A DNA stretch of 59,951 nt from a virus (taxonomy: Duplodnaviria; Caudoviricetes): IMG/VR virus record IMGVR_UViG_3300030104_001479, positions 1-59,951 of that record; one strand, written 5' to 3'. Below are positions 9,876-20,281 of the stretch, piece after piece; the stretch's first letter is position 1; each line of letters opens with the position of its first letter. The translations under genes were made by a program, and so were the position numbers. The notes below the pieces were generated by a model. That model worked only from the letters and a program-made list of their open reading frames with translations, was not told where the DNA came from and made no database searches.

Positions 9876-10364
9876 ATGATTGGTGAGATCGCCATAGCGA
9901 TAAAAGCTTTGGATTCTGCTTTTGTGCTTTGTCAAAACGCTATTTCTAAGAAGAAAGAAATAGATGACATGGCTGGAGAGGTAGGAAAGTTCTTCACAGC
10001 TAAGAAGCGTGTAGAAGATGAAATGGCTAAAGCTGAGGCTTCTGGTAACGAAGATTTGCTAGTTGGTTCAGCGTTAGAAGAAGCTATTACTATTGATCAG
10101 CAAAAAGAGCGAATGGAAAAGATGATGAAGAAGTTGGGTGATTACTACTCAATGAAAGGACAAACCCATCGTTGGGTTAAGATCAAAGCTGACGCGGTAA
10201 GAATACAAAAAAAGAGAGACTTAAAAGCAAAACAAAAAGCTAAACGAAGCGAAGAGGATGAGCTTCTCATTAAGCAGTTAGGGATAATTTTCATTTCTAT
10301 GATTGGTGCTGTTGCTGCTATTGCAGGAATAGTGTTTTTAATTTTCGGGATTGATACGGAATGA
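9876..10364 (+). CDS. Coiled-coil protein with C-terminal transmembrane segment
   Basis: K/E-rich helix followed by a ~25-aa hydrophobic tail; in lysis cassette. Confidence 0.6.
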   Translation: MIGEIAIAIKALDSAFVLCQNAISKKKEIDDMAGEVGKFFTAKKRVEDEMAKAEASGNEDLLVGSALEEAITIDQQKERMEKMMKKLGDYYSMKGQTHRWVKIKADAVRIQKKRDLKAKQKAKRSEEDELLIKQLGIIFISMIGAVAAIAGIVFLIFGIDTE

Positions 10365-10831
10365 AGTTAAAAGGTCTATTAGGTGCTTTAGCTCCCACTA
10401 TCGGTAGTTCTATTGGCGGCCCTATGGGTGGCATGGCTATGAAGATGGTGGCTGCTAAGTTAGGCACAAAAGAAGAAGACCCAGTAAAGATAGAAAAATT
10501 ATTAGAAGACCAGCCCGAAAAAATAGAAAAATTAAAAGAGGCTGAGAATGAGTTTGCAGATCAAATTCGAGCGATGGAGATCGATCTCGAATCTTACAAA
10601 ACACAAACGGCTGATATACAAGACGCAAGGGATAAATTTGCTCACGATCCTACGCCACGCATTATCGCAGTTCTTTCGATGCTTGGTTTTCTTGGGTATA
10701 TTTTTCTCGTTACCATTAAGGGCAATACGATGGACGATGCTATTGTTAACCTCGTGCTGGGTTATCTGGGGGGTCTTGTTACTGGGGTTACCAGTTTCTA
10801 CTTCGGAAGCAGCCACAATGGAAATAAGTAA
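10361..10831 (+). CDS. Putative holin (GTA-holin/3TM-like)
   Basis: Gly-rich N-terminal helix, coiled coil, two C-terminal TM segments ending FYFGSS; directly upstream of lysozyme. Confidence 0.6.
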   Translation: MKLKGLLGALAPTIGSSIGGPMGGMAMKMVAAKLGTKEEDPVKIEKLLEDQPEKIEKLKEAENEFADQIRAMEIDLESYKTQTADIQDARDKFAHDPTPRIIAVLSMLGFLGYIFLVTIKGNTMDDAIVNLVLGYLGGLVTGVTSFYFGSSHNGNK

Positions 10832-10832
10832 T

Positions 10833-11267
10833 ATGGACAAATTAGTAGAACAACTTAAAAGACATGAAGGTGTAAAAACCAGAGCCTATCAAGACTCGCT
10901 TGGTATTTGGCATATTGGTGCTGGGAGAAACATTCACCCTGATGGGCCGAATCAAGGCATGGGTCTAAGTGAAGATGAAATAGATTTCATGTTATCTAAC
11001 GATATAGTTCGCACCATCAAAGAGTTGAGCGAAGAATACGCTTGGTTTAACGACTTGGAAGATGGAGCTAGGCGTGATGGTATTATTAATATGCACTTCA
11101 ATCTTGGCAGAGTTCGCTTTGCTAAGTTTAAGAAAGCTATTGCTCACATGGAGGATGGCAATCATCATCTTGCAAGTGTTGAATTTTTAGACAGTTTGTG
11201 GGCGAAGCAGGTCAAGGGACGTAGCTTAGAGGTGACAGATATGATCAAGACGAATACTTATGTCTGA
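10833..11267 (+). CDS. Endolysin, phage lysozyme (GH24-like)
   Basis: LKRHEG...AYQDSLGIWHIGAGRN, NMHFNLG, SLWAKQVKGR; start moved to ATG 10833. Confidence 0.85.
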   Translation: MDKLVEQLKRHEGVKTRAYQDSLGIWHIGAGRNIHPDGPNQGMGLSEDEIDFMLSNDIVRTIKELSEEYAWFNDLEDGARRDGIINMHFNLGRVRFAKFKKAIAHMEDGNHHLASVEFLDSLWAKQVKGRSLEVTDMIKTNTYV

Positions 11268-11751
11268 TCCTTACGTTTTTACTGCTTTTGTTTCTAAAAT
11301 TATCGATGGAGACACTATTGATGTTACAGACGTTAATCTTGGTTTTGGCATCGTTTATAGGGGTACTGATAACGGTAATATGCGTATACGCCTTTACGGA
11401 ATTGATACTGAGGAATCTCGCACTAGAGATATGGAGGAAAAGAGATTTGGTATATCGGCGAAAGAATTTAATAAATCGTTCTGTGCGGTAGGCAGTAAAG
11501 TTACCTTAAAAACCTACGAAAAAGGCAAATACGGACGTTGGTTGGGTGATATTAAGGTGGGTGGTAAGTGGCTTTGCAAAGAGCTTATTAAAAATCATTA
11601 TGCAGTTGAATATCACGGACAGTCCAAAGATGATATTAAGGAAGCTCATCTTGCAAATAGAAAGTTAGCAGTCTTGCGAGATGAAACGCCAAACTATTGT
11701 CTGATTGCTCCTTCAACTGATACGCAAAAGATGAGAATTCGAGAATGCTAG
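11260..11751 (+). CDS. Thermonuclease (SNase-like)
   Basis: IIDGDTIDV, IRLYGIDTEE and KYGRWLG motifs. Confidence 0.85.
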   Translation: MSDPYVFTAFVSKIIDGDTIDVTDVNLGFGIVYRGTDNGNMRIRLYGIDTEESRTRDMEEKRFGISAKEFNKSFCAVGSKVTLKTYEKGKYGRWLGDIKVGGKWLCKELIKNHYAVEYHGQSKDDIKEAHLANRKLAVLRDETPNYCLIAPSTDTQKMRIREC

Positions 11752-13595
11752 TTAAGTTTGATTTTAAACCCGGAATAAATAGAGAAGGAACTCAGCTAAC
11801 TGCTGGGACTGGCTGGTATGATGGCGATAAAATCAGATTTCGTAAAGGTCGAGCTGAACAGATAGGCGGATGGCAAAAGTATTCTTCTAATACGTTTCTT
11901 GGAATATGTCGTTCTTTGCATGACTGGGTTGCTACTGCATCTATCGAATACCTTGGTCTAGGTACTAATTTAAAGTTTTATATAAATCAAGGTGATGCTT
12001 ATTATGATGTTACTCCTATTAGAGAAACTACAGCGGCTGGTGATGTAACCTTTTCTGCGGTAAACGGCTCTTCAACTATTACTGTAGCGGATGTAAATCA
12101 TGGAGCGATTGTTAACGATTTTGTTACTTTTAGCGGTGCTGTTTCTCTGGGCGGAAATATTACTGCTGCTGTTCTGAATCAAGAGTATCAGATAGCCACG
12201 ATTGTAGATGGTAATACTTACACCATAGAAGCAAAAGACACAGCGGGAGCTACCGTTACTGCTAACGCATCAGATACTGGCAACGGTGGAGCTGCTGTTG
12301 TTGGTGCTTATCAAATTAATACAGGACTGAACACTTACGTTGCCTCTTCGGGATTTGGAGCGGGTACATGGGGAGCTGGCGGATGGGGCGGCTCTACGGC
12401 CATTACTTCAGGTAATCAGCTTAGACTTTATTCGCAAGACACTTTTGGTGATGACCTTATTTTTAACGTCAGGGGTGGTGGAATATACTATTGGGACGAG
12501 ACAACTGGAACAGGAACTCGTGCAGTTGCTTTGCCTGACAAGGCAGGAGCAGTGGGCGCTCCCATACTTGCTCTGCAAACGATGGTCTCAGAGACTGATC
12601 GTCATACAATTTGTTTTGGTTGCAACCCTTTGGGCAGCACTACTCTTGATCCCTTACTGGTAAGGTTTAGCGATCAGGAGAATCCGTTTGATTGGACCCC
12701 AACTTCTACTAATACTGCTGGGGGTGTCACGTTAACTGCTGGATCGTTTATTGTAGGTGCGATAAAAACACGGCAAGAAATATTAATATTTACTGACAAC
12801 AGTATTCATACAATGCGATTCTCAGGAAGTCCTTTTACCTTTCAGTTCGAGGTGGTAAACGAGGGTCTGTCAATGATTTCTCCAAATGCCGCTACTAACG
12901 CTGGTGATATGGTCTTCTTTATGGATAGAGGTGGTTTCTACTTTTACAACGGCTCTATTCAAAGATTGACCTGTACAGTTTTAGACTATGTGTTTAGCAA
13001 CATTAACAAAGACCAAGAGTACAAGGTGTTTGCCACTACTAGCGTAGATTTTTCTGAGGTATATTGGTACTACCCAGTAGGTAGTGGAAATACAGAATGT
13101 ACTAACTACGTTTCGTATAATTACATGGAAGACTCATGGGCCATAGGTACATTGACTAGAGGCGCTTGGATACCTGCAAACACAAGACGTTATCCTATTG
13201 CCTCTTCTGCTCTAACCTATTCAGACAACAACTATTTATACGACCACGAGAACGGATATGACGCTGATGGTTCAGCGATGAATGCGTATATAGAGTCTGG
13301 CGGTGTAGAGATAGGAGATGGCGAACAGTTTATGTTTGTACACAGATTTATTCCTGACTTTGAATTTCGCGGAACGACAGCTAGTGCTTCTATGAATTTT
13401 ACGATGAAAGGTAAAGATTTCCCTTTAAATTCATCTTCTACATTAGCGACAGCTAACGTGACAGAAAACACTAATCAATCTTTTATACGAGCAAGGACGA
13501 GAGAGTCCATAATTAGAGTCGAGAGTTCTGGTACAGGTTATGGCTGGACTCTAGGACAGTTACGATTTGATGTAAGACCTGACGGGAGGCGGTAA
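11745..13595 (+). CDS. Tail nozzle / DNA stabilisation protein (P22 gp10- or T7 gp12-like)
   Basis: 616-aa beta-propeller-like protein (VRFSDQE, FFMD, C-terminal DGRR) positioned before the ejection genes. Confidence 0.65.
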   Translation: MLVKFDFKPGINREGTQLTAGTGWYDGDKIRFRKGRAEQIGGWQKYSSNTFLGICRSLHDWVATASIEYLGLGTNLKFYINQGDAYYDVTPIRETTAAGDVTFSAVNGSSTITVADVNHGAIVNDFVTFSGAVSLGGNITAAVLNQEYQIATIVDGNTYTIEAKDTAGATVTANASDTGNGGAAVVGAYQINTGLNTYVASSGFGAGTWGAGGWGGSTAITSGNQLRLYSQDTFGDDLIFNVRGGGIYYWDETTGTGTRAVALPDKAGAVGAPILALQTMVSETDRHTICFGCNPLGSTTLDPLLVRFSDQENPFDWTPTSTNTAGGVTLTAGSFIVGAIKTRQEILIFTDNSIHTMRFSGSPFTFQFEVVNEGLSMISPNAATNAGDMVFFMDRGGFYFYNGSIQRLTCTVLDYVFSNINKDQEYKVFATTSVDFSEVYWYYPVGSGNTECTNYVSYNYMEDSWAIGTLTRGAWIPANTRRYPIASSALTYSDNNYLYDHENGYDADGSAMNAYIESGGVEIGDGEQFMFVHRFIPDFEFRGTTASASMNFTMKGKDFPLNSSSTLATANVTENTNQSFIRARTRESIIRVESSGTGYGWTLGQLRFDVRPDGRR

Positions 13596-13804
13596 TGGCT
13601 CAGAAAATAAACCTAGTTGTATTGCCTACTGCTAATCCTGAGTATGACTTTCAAAATGAGCTAACGATGAGAAGAGCTATTGAGCGTTCTTTTAATGAGG
13701 TTAGCGATGATTTTAGAACCATAACTACTAAGACAGATAAAGAAGAGTCTTTGGCTTTAAAGCGTTATCAGTTTCTCCTGATGGGAGCTTCTGGTAATGG
13801 CTGA
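13595..13804 (+). CDS. Hypothetical protein
   Basis: 69 aa, TAATG-coupled, GGAGG RBS. Confidence 0.6.
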   Translation: MAQKINLVVLPTANPEYDFQNELTMRRAIERSFNEVSDDFRTITTKTDKEESLALKRYQFLLMGASGNG

Positions 13805-14126
13805 TGCAATTAAGGTACTCGGTCAATTAGCTCCTTCTGCTACTACTACAGAAACTTTATACACTGTTCCTAATCTGGCGCAGACTACAGTCAGCTCCTT
13901 GGTAATCTGTAATCGAAATGCGGGTAATCAAACCTTTAGGGTTAGTGTCCATGTGGCTGGAGCTGGAGCAGATAACAAACAGTTTTTGTACTACGACAAA
14001 GAAGTACCTGCAAATGATACGATAACGGTTGTTATCGGTATAACACTCAATCAGGCTGATGAAGTTAAAGTCTTTGCAAGCAACGCAGACTTGAGCTTTA
14101 ACTTATTCGGCGTAGAAACCACTTAG
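13797..14126 (+). CDS. Hypothetical beta-sandwich virion protein
   Basis: 109 aa with LYTVP..SSLVICN motif, in structural block. Confidence 0.6.
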   Translation: MADAIKVLGQLAPSATTTETLYTVPNLAQTTVSSLVICNRNAGNQTFRVSVHVAGAGADNKQFLYYDKEVPANDTITVVIGITLNQADEVKVFASNADLSFNLFGVETT

Positions 14127-14134
14127 GTATAAGT

Positions 14135-16747
14135 ATGAATATAGCACCTAAACCACCACTAGCTAGACAAGGACAACAGCTTGCGACTCATGGTCGCTAT
14201 GGCGATACAGAGCTAGTTCACATGAACCCCTATGAGGTTCAAGGTCTTGCTGCCATGTCACCCACAGGACAGCTTACCAAGAACCCTGTCACGGGTCAGC
14301 CAGAAGCTTTCTTACCTTTTCTTGCTCCGCTCATTGGGAGTGCCTTAGGTAAGGCTGCGTTAGGTAAAGCCATTGGTAGTGGATTAGCAGGAGCGGTTGG
14401 CTCTGGACTTGCGACATTCGCGCAGACAGGAGACTTTGAGAAGGGAGTAATAAGTGGTATTACAGGCTTTGGTCTGGGTAAGGTTATGGGTGCAGCAGGA
14501 GATGCTGGAGCAGCAACAAGATCAGCAGGTGATGCTGGAGCCGAATATTTGCGAAGTATGGGTGAGAATGTACCTACAGCTTCTTCGAGCTTTACTGAAA
14601 GTCTGGGCGATATAGGAAGAGGTTTTACTACTAAAGAAGGCTTGCAAGCTATTGGTAATACCGCGATGAGTCCGGGTGTTCTTCTGCCAGCAGCAGTAGG
14701 GCAAGGCACAATGGCTCAGGTAGAAGCTCAGGAAGGCATGGACAAGCTCCGCAAAGAGGCTACAGCAAGAGACAATCGTTACGCACAGAGCTTCAGGGAC
14801 GTTCTGACAGACTCTCTCGGCATGGCTCGTGGTACTGACCCTAATCCTTATATGGGCAGATACGCCAAAGGCGGTATTGTCGGAATGCGGAATGGTGGCG
14901 ATCTGGACATGACTGAAGGCATGACTGACGAAGAGTACAGAGATTATATGATTGGCGCTCAGGCTGAAGATTCAATCGCTGGCTACGGATTAGATTCTGA
15001 TAATCGTTATTTTATAAAACCTAAAGCAGGTACGGGAGCAGAAAGACAATCTTTTCTAAGAGGTAATTTTAAACAAGACGCTCCTACGGATTACCGTCAT
15101 GGTTTTGAAAAAGAATTTCAATTTTTTGATTTTGTAGAAGACAGGCCAGTAGAGCGTTATGCTGATCTGTTTGGAGCTGGAGCAAGTGATTATTTAGCTG
15201 GTTTGTTAGCTGGTAACACAGGTGATGCTCCCACGACTCCTACTTACAATTTGCGAGATGTAGATCAAGCTACTCTTAAAGGAACTCAGTTCTCTGGCGC
15301 AGGGCCGGGAGCGGGTCAAGGCGGAGATGAAGCAATGACTCCTCTTCCTGCTGCTCCTGTTGGAGGGACGGTCACTAACTTGCCGCCTAGTGGTGGGGTT
15401 GCTGGAGGTACTGATGGAGGAATTATAACTACTCCACCTCCGGGTGGCGGAACGGTTGCGCCTCCAAGTGGAGGAGTACCAGTCAGTGCGGGAATGAAGG
15501 CTATCCAAGGTTTGGGTATTGATTTAGATCAAGATTATGATCGCGCTGAAGGAGAAGCTGTTTATGACATCATGCAAGAGTATGGTGTTGGTGACGCAGA
15601 AGTGGCTGATTACTTTGGGGTAGATGAACAAGGTGTTGCTGATGCATCAGACGTTATTGCTCAAAGATATCAGACCGGAGCTGACCTTGGTCTTGGAAAC
15701 AAGTTTACAGGCGATTACACTGGTGATGATGTAACTAGAGTTTATGAAAATCTTACTTCTGATGACGGAGTTGGTCTAGCTCAAGCGGCAGATTACTTTA
15801 ATGTTACTGGTGAGGAGTTACAGGCAAATATTGATGCGATTGCTGCAAGAGATGCTGCTGAGGCATCGAAGGCTCAGGCTGCTGCGGTTTTAGATGGTGT
15901 TCCTGTGGAGCAGGTTTACGATCTTATTGAGGCTGGAGATGTAAGTGTAAGTCAGGTAGCGGATCATTTTGGTTACGACTACGAGGAAGTTAGAGCAGCT
16001 CAGGATGCCATTCGCGCTCAGAGAGAAGCTACAGGCTATGTTCCCCCAGCTCCTGTAATTGCTACTGCTGGAACTATAGACCTTCAAGACTTACAGGATG
16101 CAGATGATGCTATTTTTGCTGGCATGAGTCCTAATGAGTTACGGCAAGCTGGAATGTCCTTTGGTGCTTCGGGTGGTCGGATTGGTAAGAAAAGATTCAA
16201 TACTCCTTTAGGCATGGTTGAGATGGCTAACGGGGGTATTGCTGAGTTACCTGCCAATCTTCCTATGACTCAGGAAGTTCCTGAAGAGACAGTCATGATG
16301 GAATCCGAAACCGTTATCGAAGAGCCTATGCCTGATACTGATTTTCCTGAATTGGTTGAGATGACCATTGAAGCGATCAAAGGAAACATCGAGAATGCAG
16401 ATGAGATTATTAATCAGTTTATTGATGAGTACGGTGTTGAGGAATTTAGAAACCTAAGAGAGATTGTTCTTCAAGGTATTGTCCCTGATGCCCAGACAGA
16501 AGGTATGATTGAAGGAGAAAGTGGCGGAATGGATGACGAGGTCATGGGTATGATTGGAGAAGAGCAGCAAGTAGCTGTTTCTCCGGGCGAGTATATCGTT
16601 GCGGCAGATGTAGTTTCTGGTCTAGGAGATGGTAATTCAGACGCTGGAGCGGTTGTTCTGGATGAGATGATGCAGGGAGTTAGGAATGCTAGGTCTGGAG
16701 GACAACAGCCTAAGCCTCTTAACAAGGCTGCGGTGATGCCAGCATGA
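14135..16747 (+). CDS. Putative internal virion/ejection protein
   Basis: GRYGDTELVH..NPVTGQPEAF N-terminal module, Gly/Ala-rich helices, xxGG motifs, C-terminal SPGEYIVAADVVSGLG. Confidence 0.6.
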   Translation: MNIAPKPPLARQGQQLATHGRYGDTELVHMNPYEVQGLAAMSPTGQLTKNPVTGQPEAFLPFLAPLIGSALGKAALGKAIGSGLAGAVGSGLATFAQTGDFEKGVISGITGFGLGKVMGAAGDAGAATRSAGDAGAEYLRSMGENVPTASSSFTESLGDIGRGFTTKEGLQAIGNTAMSPGVLLPAAVGQGTMAQVEAQEGMDKLRKEATARDNRYAQSFRDVLTDSLGMARGTDPNPYMGRYAKGGIVGMRNGGDLDMTEGMTDEEYRDYMIGAQAEDSIAGYGLDSDNRYFIKPKAGTGAERQSFLRGNFKQDAPTDYRHGFEKEFQFFDFVEDRPVERYADLFGAGASDYLAGLLAGNTGDAPTTPTYNLRDVDQATLKGTQFSGAGPGAGQGGDEAMTPLPAAPVGGTVTNLPPSGGVAGGTDGGIITTPPPGGGTVAPPSGGVPVSAGMKAIQGLGIDLDQDYDRAEGEAVYDIMQEYGVGDAEVADYFGVDEQGVADASDVIAQRYQTGADLGLGNKFTGDYTGDDVTRVYENLTSDDGVGLAQAADYFNVTGEELQANIDAIAARDAAEASKAQAAAVLDGVPVEQVYDLIEAGDVSVSQVADHFGYDYEEVRAAQDAIRAQREATGYVPPAPVIATAGTIDLQDLQDADDAIFAGMSPNELRQAGMSFGASGGRIGKKRFNTPLGMVEMANGGIAELPANLPMTQEVPEETVMMESETVIEEPMPDTDFPELVEMTIEAIKGNIENADEIINQFIDEYGVEEFRNLREIVLQGIVPDAQTEGMIEGESGGMDDEVMGMIGEEQQVAVSPGEYIVAADVVSGLGDGNSDAGAVVLDEMMQGVRNARSGGQQPKPLNKAAVMPA

Positions 16748-17193
16748 GTGTAACTGCCAGAGATTTAGAACTTCAAAATATTATAATAGCCATCCCTTCT
16801 GATGAGATTGCTCCTTTGTGGAAACACGTTAAAGAGATGTTATATCCAGCAGTCGAGCGTTCTCATGGTCGATGGACTATGCAGACTTTATTGATTGCTT
16901 TGAAAGAGGGCAAGCAACAGCTTTGGGTTGTCTTTGAAGAAGGGCAGCCTATCAAGGGCGTGGCGACTACTGAGATATTGTCTTACCCCAACAAGAATAT
17001 GTTAGCGATTCAGTATCTAGGCGGTAATGATTTAGAAACATGGGGAATGTCTTATCTAAAGCGAGTCGAAGAGTTTGCGAAAGCGGCTAAATGCCAAGGT
17101 ATAGAGGCCACAGGACGAAAGGGTCTGTGGAAATGGTTTAAAGAAGATGACTATAAAGATGCATACACAGTATATGAGAAGGAGATTGACTAA
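16744..17193 (+). CDS. Putative GNAT-fold assembly protein (P22 gp14/T7 gp13-like position)
   Basis: LWVV..ATTEI..YLGG..IEATGRKG pattern; lies between ejection genes. Confidence 0.5.
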   Translation: MSVTARDLELQNIIIAIPSDEIAPLWKHVKEMLYPAVERSHGRWTMQTLLIALKEGKQQLWVVFEEGQPIKGVATTEILSYPNKNMLAIQYLGGNDLETWGMSYLKRVEEFAKAAKCQGIEATGRKGLWKWFKEDDYKDAYTVYEKEID

Positions 17194-18473
17194 TGAGTAA
17201 GGGCGGAGGCAGCGCACCACAGAGCACAGTCACTACTCAGGTAGAAAAACTACCTGTTGAGTTAGTTCCTTTTTACAAAGACCTTCTGGGTCGAGGTGTT
17301 TATGAATCCTTAACGGGTTATGAAACTTATCCTGAGCGAAGGCTTGCAGACTTTGACCCTTACGAAGCTGGCGCTCAGGAGGCTTATGCGAATATGGCTT
17401 TGGAAGGCACTCCTCAGGCTTTAGCTGATGCTCAGAGTGGTATCAGGGAAATAGCAATGGGTAGTCCGTATGAGCGAGCTGTACAAGGCGATGCGATAAC
17501 TCAACAGCTTGCGAATACTTTTCAACAAGCTGGTGCAACTCCTGATTTTTATGGCCCTAGAGAACCAGCTCAGGGACAAAGTAACTTACTAGGTCGAGGT
17601 GTTCTAGGTTATCAAGACCCAGCAGCAGAGCGAAATGTAGGAAGTATAGAAGAGATTAGGTCGTTAACTGATGATTTAGATGCAACTGCAAACTTTTCTA
17701 GTTTGGAAGAACAACAAGGTGATCCTCGCGTTCAGAGACTTCAAGAGTTGTTTGCTCAACAAGCAGGCGAAAGACCTCAAGTGTCTTCTGAAATGGAAAG
17801 GTATATGAACCCTTTCCAACAGACGTTCATTGACAGACAAAAGGAACTGGCAAGAGAGGAATCAGCCAGACAACAATCTGAGATTGGACAGCAAGCAGCA
17901 ATGGCTGGTGGTTTGGGTGGATATCGTGAAGGTGTCATGCAAGCAGAAAGAGAAAGAAACCTGATGAATCAGATGCAGGATATACAGGCTGCTGGCGATA
18001 TGGCTAACTTTCAACAAGCCAGACAAGCTTATGAGTCTGATCGACAGAACAGAATGGACTTGGCTGATCTTGGTCTAAGAGGGTTTGAAGGAATAGGAAG
18101 AGATGTTGATCGAAGACGGGGAGCTGCCTTAGATATGGCAAATCTATCAGGTCAACGTCAGGCTCAGGAGATTGACAGACTGGCTAATCTTGAGTCGGCA
18201 GGACAAAGAAGAAGGGCGCTTGCTCAACAAGGTTTGGATATTGGCTATCAGGATTTCTTGCGTCAGCAGGCATTTCCAAGAGAACAGCTTAATCTCTATT
18301 CTGGCTTGTTAAGAGGTGTTCCTGTAGGGCCGGGACAATACTCGGCTGTGTATGGTAATCAGCCCACGGCAGGACAACAGATAGCGGGTAGCTTGGTTGG
18401 CCTCGCAGGACTTGGAATGGGTGCGCGAGGTGGTTTTGGTAGCACTGGCGGTGGCTGGGGAGGAGGCGGTTAA
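17193..18473 (+). CDS. Putative DNA ejection protein
   Basis: MSKGGG N-terminus, YMNPFQQ, Q-rich coiled coil, Gly-rich hydrophobic C-terminus. Confidence 0.6.
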   Translation: MSKGGGSAPQSTVTTQVEKLPVELVPFYKDLLGRGVYESLTGYETYPERRLADFDPYEAGAQEAYANMALEGTPQALADAQSGIREIAMGSPYERAVQGDAITQQLANTFQQAGATPDFYGPREPAQGQSNLLGRGVLGYQDPAAERNVGSIEEIRSLTDDLDATANFSSLEEQQGDPRVQRLQELFAQQAGERPQVSSEMERYMNPFQQTFIDRQKELAREESARQQSEIGQQAAMAGGLGGYREGVMQAERERNLMNQMQDIQAAGDMANFQQARQAYESDRQNRMDLADLGLRGFEGIGRDVDRRRGAALDMANLSGQRQAQEIDRLANLESAGQRRRALAQQGLDIGYQDFLRQQAFPREQLNLYSGLLRGVPVGPGQYSAVYGNQPTAGQQIAGSLVGLAGLGMGARGGFGSTGGGWGGGG

Positions 18474-20281
18474 TGAATATTCTAGAGCAAGAAGACCTTA
18501 TTAAAGGACTCCCTGATCAGGCTTTATTTCAACAAGCAGAGAATCCCACTGGGGAAGTTCCTCAGTTCTTGGTTATTTCTGAGATACAAAGACGTAATGA
18601 TATGCGTAAACGGTTTGAGGCATCAGAGCCTCAACCTCAGACTACCGCTGCTGAAAGAATAGTAAGAGAGGGGTTAGGAGCTTTCATGCCTCCTCAGAAT
18701 TCTTTACCTCCTCCTGCTATGCCTGCTCCACCTTCCACCTCTGTATCCCACTTGGAGGGTTCCTCCCCGTTAATGGGGCAAGGTATGGCAGCAGGAGGTA
18801 TCCTTAGCTTTAAAGAGGGTGGTGACTTCCCTGATCTAAGCGGTGATGGAAAGCTGACAAAGAAAGATGTGCTTATTGGTAGAGGTGTTATCAATAAGGC
18901 AGGTGGTGGTGTTCTTGGTTTTGCTCCGGGTGGTGGAACTTCTACTATTCGTGACTTAGCAACAACAATGTTTGGCTATACTCCTATATCTGAGAGAACT
19001 CCTGAATATTATGCAGAACAGGAACAACGCAATAAATTGATGGGAAGAGTAGAAGAGCTTGAAAGAACTTTAATGGGCTCTATAAGAGATAAAAGAGCTA
19101 GAAGAAGAGAGGCTTTGAGAATGGCAAGAGAGGAGCAAGCAGCCGAAGCTGTTGTAGAGACTCCTGTAGATGATCCTGCGTTTTATGAAGAGAACCCTGC
19201 TACTGCTGGATATTTTCCGCAGAAAGAAGAAGTTATATCTGAAAGTTATCTAGAATCTTTACCCGCTGGATTGGTTGATAACACCTCTTCTGTTGATAAA
19301 ATCACTGAATATACAGGAGAGGCGGGTTATGGAGGACAAGGAGATGCTAATTCTGTATTAACTAATCTTGGCGAAGATGAGCAAAATATTCTAGCTTTAG
19401 CAAAAAATGAACTTGGAGACAAAATAACAGTACCTCGCCCTGATTTGGAAAAACCAGACTTGTCTTCTGATGTTGAAACTCTTGACACTCAGTCTTTGTT
19501 GGACAGTATTGAGGCTCAACGCACAGGAATAACAGATAGGTTAGATGCTCGTAGATCAGAATCTCAAGAGTTAATAAACCAGATTAGAGAAGAAGGTAAG
19601 CGTGATGCGTTGAGTGCTGCATTGATTCAGCTAGGAGCTGGTATCTCTAGCGGAGATATGGCCTCTGGTTTGAGTCAGGCTGGTAGTGCCATGACTTCAG
19701 CTAATGCGCTCGCTAGAGATGCTGCTAGAGCAGAACAAAGAAGCATGAGAGATTATGAAGAAGCTGCTTTAGCTCAGGCTGATCTATTAGGTGTTGAAGG
19801 GCAGAGATTTGCATATGAAGAAGCAAAAGATGCTGCCGTAAGGAAGCAAGCTCTTGCTCAGTGGGATGCCGAACATGGTCTTCGACAAGACTCCCTAGCT
19901 CTTGAAGCAGCTTTTAAACAAGCAGGTCTTGATCAAGATTATGATCAGTTTAAATCTGGCTTGGTGATGCAGGTATCAGAGATTGCAGCTAAAGCTAAGA
20001 GCGATAACAATACTACTCGCAGAGAGGCAATGAGAACTTTCACCTCTTATATGAATACTATTAGAGATGTGGTTGATGACTTACCTGCATCTATGGACGC
20101 TGATAAGAAAATACAAACGGTTAAGGATATGCAGCGTCAGATGATTGATGCATTGAAGGTAGAGCTAGGATCAGATTTCTTTAACGCTTTTGCTAGGGAG
20201 GCTCAAGAAGAGGCAGCCTCTCCTTCATCTGGAGAAGAATTATCCATTGAAGAAATAATGTCTAGGTATCCGGGTCAGTAA
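18473..20281 (+). CDS. Putative DNA ejection protein
   Basis: Helical and acidic; xxGG motifs flank an EF-hand-like loop. Confidence 0.55.
   Translation: MNILEQEDLIKGLPDQALFQQAENPTGEVPQFLVISEIQRRNDMRKRFEASEPQPQTTAAERIVREGLGAFMPPQNSLPPPAMPAPPSTSVSHLEGSSPLMGQGMAAGGILSFKEGGDFPDLSGDGKLTKKDVLIGRGVINKAGGGVLGFAPGGGTSTIRDLATTMFGYTPISERTPEYYAEQEQRNKLMGRVEELERTLMGSIRDKRARRREALRMAREEQAAEAVVETPVDDPAFYEENPATAGYFPQKEEVISESYLESLPAGLVDNTSSVDKITEYTGEAGYGGQGDANSVLTNLGEDEQNILALAKNELGDKITVPRPDLEKPDLSSDVETLDTQSLLDSIEAQRTGITDRLDARRSESQELINQIREEGKRDALSAALIQLGAGISSGDMASGLSQAGSAMTSANALARDAARAEQRSMRDYEEAALAQADLLGVEGQRFAYEEAKDAAVRKQALAQWDAEHGLRQDSLALEAAFKQAGLDQDYDQFKSGLVMQVSEIAAKAKSDNNTTRREAMRTFTSYMNTIRDVVDDLPASMDADKKIQTVKDMQRQMIDALKVELGSDFFNAFAREAQEEAASPSSGEELSIEEIMSRYPGQ

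Noticed and set aside
10548-10832. 95-aa N-terminal extension of the lysozyme in the ORF track
   Set aside because: Overlaps the holin-like gene entirely; ATG 10833 right after the holin stop gives a normal-sized lysozyme
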